DNA of 63,484 nt, the filler included, from Choristocarpus tenellus KU-1152 (taxonomy: Eukaryota > Protista > Phaeophyceae), in assembly GCA_964200185.2 (NCBI GenBank). It is 7 parts of 7 records of this genome, joined end to end, with 100 filler letters (N's around TTAATTAATTAA, not from the genome) between each part and the next. Parts side by side here need not be neighbours in the genome. Positions count along the whole stretch, not along the records: positions 54,113 to 63,484 come from CAXNAD020003733.1; 6 more parts are not named here. One strand, given 5' to 3'. Made by a program: the position numbers and the translations under genes. The notes beneath the pieces are model-generated. The model was not told where the DNA came from and ran no database searches. It was given only the letters and a program-made list of their open reading frames with translations. Shown piece by piece: positions 60,290-63,484 of this stretch (positions within the stretch are counted from its first letter, which is position 1; every line of letters begins with the position of its first letter).

Positions 60290-61470
60290 TGAATACTCTC
60301 AATCAGGTGATTTGTTATCTTGGCAGTGTGGTGCTGGACAAATGCTATCGTAAGTGTGTGTGTGGGGGGGGGTGTTAAGAAGTAGAAATAAGAAGAAAGC
60401 ACAATGCATCGCATGACAAGTGGCATGTGAGCGTTAGTGCACTTTGATAATGTGCAGGGGCTTCACTTCCGTTGCCCTGTGCATGCATGGCAACCTCCTT
60501 TTGCCCTGGTGATAGTTACGTGAGGTCTTTCAGATGACACCAGGGTCCTCAGACTTGATCCCGTTTTTTCCTTCTTATCTGACTTTGCAAACCAAAGGTC
60601 AACAGGCAGAGAGAAGTCGCCCCCCATTCCCTTTGATATTCTGCTTCTGCTACAAGGCATGGACAAGGAAGTAGCGCTTACGCTCTTTTTTTGTTTGCTC
60701 AAAGTTCAGAAGTGACTATGTTGGTGCTGGGTTAGGTATCTCATGATGTGCTAATTGGGATGGGGAAGAAGTGTCTCCTGTAGTGGCAAAGGGTAACCAC
60801 CTGGGTGACTGAAAAGGACAGCGGTTTCTGTCTGTCATTTCCAGGGATTGTAACACCCGTGTTGTGTCTCTTGCAATGGAATAGTGGAGTGAAAAATTGC
60901 TAAGATCTGCCTGCCCCTTTTTGTTGTGATGGCATGGTGTAACTCATGTTTAGGGCTCTGAGGCTGCTGCCGAGGGGCAGGAGCTTGAGGCAAAATTGCA
61001 CAAATGAAGTGGCAACTTTTTTTCATGACAATCAGATGAAGGAAGTCGACATATATATTTTTGTAGAATCTAGAAGGCAGAGGTGTCGTGATGTGCTTTG
61101 CTGTGGTGTGTGAAAAGATTAGAGACGTGTTTATTGGATAGCTCACATAACATGAACGTAATATTTCAGTATGAGGACATGCTGCTTTTTGTCCACCCAA
61201 GATCAGTCTATGTCTCTCTCTCCACCACTTGGATCAGTCTTGCTTTTTACTCTATATAATGTATTGTGTGTGTGTGTTGTGTTTTGAAGAACTAGATGTT
61301 GGGAAAGTATTCTGCAGCTATCTCTTCTCGCATGACTTTGCTTCCTTGCAAGAGTGGTAACATGTTGTCCAATGCCATTTTTTCTTGGAGGTGCTGGATT
61401 ATAAATCTCTACGACACATGTAAATTTTTTTTAATCTCTAGACAACTACCACAAACAACAATGTAGTCAT

Positions 61471-61720
61471 GAGTGAAAGCATCTTAGAGGGTACAAGTTT
61501 TGCCCTGTTTATCCGATGGGCTTGTTTTTCCTGACATTTTCCTACTCCAATTTTTTTCAGAGTGGGTAAAGTGTATATGCGTTATGAAAAGGTGTGACCG
61601 GAATGGAATAAGGACATTGACACTTCCTAACTAACACGACAGTCTAAATTATATCAAAATCGTAACATTGGATTTGGTCCTCAAATGGACACGGCTCTAC
61701 CCTCTAAGATAATTTGGCTA
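61471..61720 (-). mobile_element. MITE family A copy
   Basis: GAGTGAAAGCATCTTAGAGGGTA / TACCCTCTAAGATAATTTGGCTA with CAT...CAT flanks. Confidence 0.9.
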
Positions 61721-62137
61721 CATGATCCAGGTTTTCCTTATTTTTGTTTGTGGTTTAGTGACAGAAGAAGGGTGGAGGTGTACCTTTTCATTTTCATTGC
61801 CACGTATTTCATCCATTTTTCACCAAATTTCCTTGAAAGAAGTTATGATCTCGACAAAGGTTTAAACCCACATGTTCCAACGAAGGAAGCTGATAGACTA
61901 CCATTGAGCTCTGTGGGAAGCTAACAGGATCGTGTGCTTGTCACACCCTGCACCACATGACAGAAAACTGTGTGAGCTCTTCAAAAATGTACAGGTAGAA
62001 GCACTGTGACAAAAGGAGGTAGCGGGAGGTTTTGCCTTTTCAGTTCTTCTGAAACAACTGCAGGGAGGGATGAGGAAGGGAAGGAGGGCGGTATGGCAAT
62101 AAGCACAGAATCTTTTGAGCCCCAGAGTCGTCGCTCA

Positions 62138-62317
62138 GACCCAAAGTATCTGAGGGGAGGGGAGGGGTCTACACCAGGGTGTCCATTTGGACCAAAATCA
62201 GGAAAAATCTATTTTCATTATCCATCGGACGTATGCAACCAAATCACCCAAATATCGCGAAATGAAAAAATTGACCCCAAATGGACAGCCGCCACCCTCC
62301 CTAAGATACTTTGAGCC
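62138..62317 (-). mobile_element. MITE family B copy
   Basis: GACCCAAAGTATCT / AGATACTTTGAGCC with CTCA...CTCA flanks. Confidence 0.93.
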
Positions 62318-62555
62318 CTCATTTGAAACCCAGAGCGAGATTTATATTAGAAGTAATTTTTTTTTTTGGCGATCGAGTTTTGGGAGATGAAATTGACGTG
62401 GAATTTTCTGGTGCACACTGCAGATTATCGCAGGTAACGAGTTTGTTACAATGAGGTCTAATCTCGTGCCGTGTTCTGTGCCTTCGCACACTCTGTTGGT
62501 GTATTAAGGTCGATAAAGGCGCACTATGTTGTTGCAGTGACTGGTGTGTCAGAAT

Positions 62556-62738
62556 GGGTCAAAGTATCTGGGGGGGGTTCTACACCACCAGGGTGTCCAT
62601 TATTTGAGCGATGACTAAGAAAAGTGCACTTACCTTATCCATCCGACGCGTGCAACCAAATCACACAAAAATCGCGACATGAAAAAAGGGGCCCAAATGG
62701 ACAGCCACCACCACCCCACCCCCCAGATACTTTGAGTC
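62556..62738 (-). mobile_element. MITE family B copy
   Basis: GGGTCAAAGTATCTGGGG / CCCCAGATACTTTGAGTC with AAT...AAT flanks. Confidence 0.92.
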
Positions 62739-63373
62739 AATATATGCGACGAAGACTATGCCAAACGGTCCTCAAAACGTTTTGTTCCTATCCCAAAAAA
62801 AAAGTCAACGCCATTAAAATCACAACTATGATCTTTCTAGGAAGATGGCGCTTAGTAGGGATGAAAAGACCTATTTTTCATTCTCAAAAAATCCTTTGTC
62901 TATTACATTCATTGTTTGCTCTATATTTTAGATTTCAACTAATATTTCTGTAATTTAGAAATAGTTGAAAAAAACTTGGTCACTTTTATCATATATATTC
63001 AGTGTTTTTCACCCCCTTCGTTCACCTTAGACATCATGGACAAACACACCACCACAACGCCTCATTAGTGACCAAGCATTTTTGAAAGTATTTCTGAACT
63101 CTTTCACATCTTTAATATATAGAAAAAAATGAATTTAGTGGACAAAGATGTTTTCGAAAACTATCTGGTCTTTTCACCCTTGAACATGATCTTTTCGAAC
63201 GATGATAATTGTGTTGCTTTTTTTGCAGCAATGAATTTTTTTTGGATTATTAGGAACATAAGGTTGACTGTTTGGCATCTAGAAGACTCTTCATCATATA
63301 TATTCTGACCCACCAGTCACCGAAACAACAGAGTGGGGCAGGTACAGAACAGCCGATTTCAAAAATTGAGTAT

Positions 63374-63484
63374 GGAGCTTTTCATTGAGGATGGGCTTGA
63401 CCCGCATAGTCATTTTTTTTTTAAACATATCGACACTTTATCCCAGTCAATTTTGGGTCAAGCCCATCCTCAATGAAAAGCGCC
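63374..63484. mobile_element. Small foldback/MITE-like element with 27-bp perfect inverted repeat
   Basis: GCTTTTCATTGAGGATGGGCTTGACCC (63377-63403) and its exact reverse complement (63455-63481). It extends to 30 bp with one mismatch. The TSD cannot be tested at the window edge. Confidence 0.7.

Noticed and set aside
60463-62130. Possible convergent minus-strand gene end
   Set aside because: There are some open segments with splice-like borders, but no coherent model or homology.

Overview
This is intron-rich eukaryotic nuclear DNA with GT-AG introns, centriole/cilium genes and TTAGGG-type telomeric repeats. That fits a flagellate-producing alga such as a brown alga or other stramenopile, but the taxon is an inference only. 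The window is not one locus. It is seven contigs joined by artificial 100-bp N44-TTAATTAATTAA-N44 linkers: 1-10695, 10796-21927, 22028-24887, 24988-40940, 41041-49111, 49212-54012 and 54113-63484. Contig 1 is TE debris: a probable decayed LINE, MITEs, and a large TIR-bounded element with internal tandem arrays and a decayed ORF. The other contigs carry spliced genes that I assembled by hand: a coiled-coil protein with a giant Ser/Gly exon, a SPICE1-like gene, the 3' part of a WD40 gene, a complete 8-exon F-box/LRR gene, a KATNIP homologue, an SCCPDH-like gene, an unknown gene, a PIP-box/WDR76-like gene and a KH-SAM-RING gene. Three related MITE families share a CAAAGTATCT terminal core and occur about 18 times. 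The most unusual signal is dozens of 2-4-unit TTAGGG tracts in both orientations, concentrated in contigs 5-7. One of them demonstrably rewrites a MITE TIR and one lies in frame in a predicted exon, which suggests telomerase-templated patching of internal DNA breaks.
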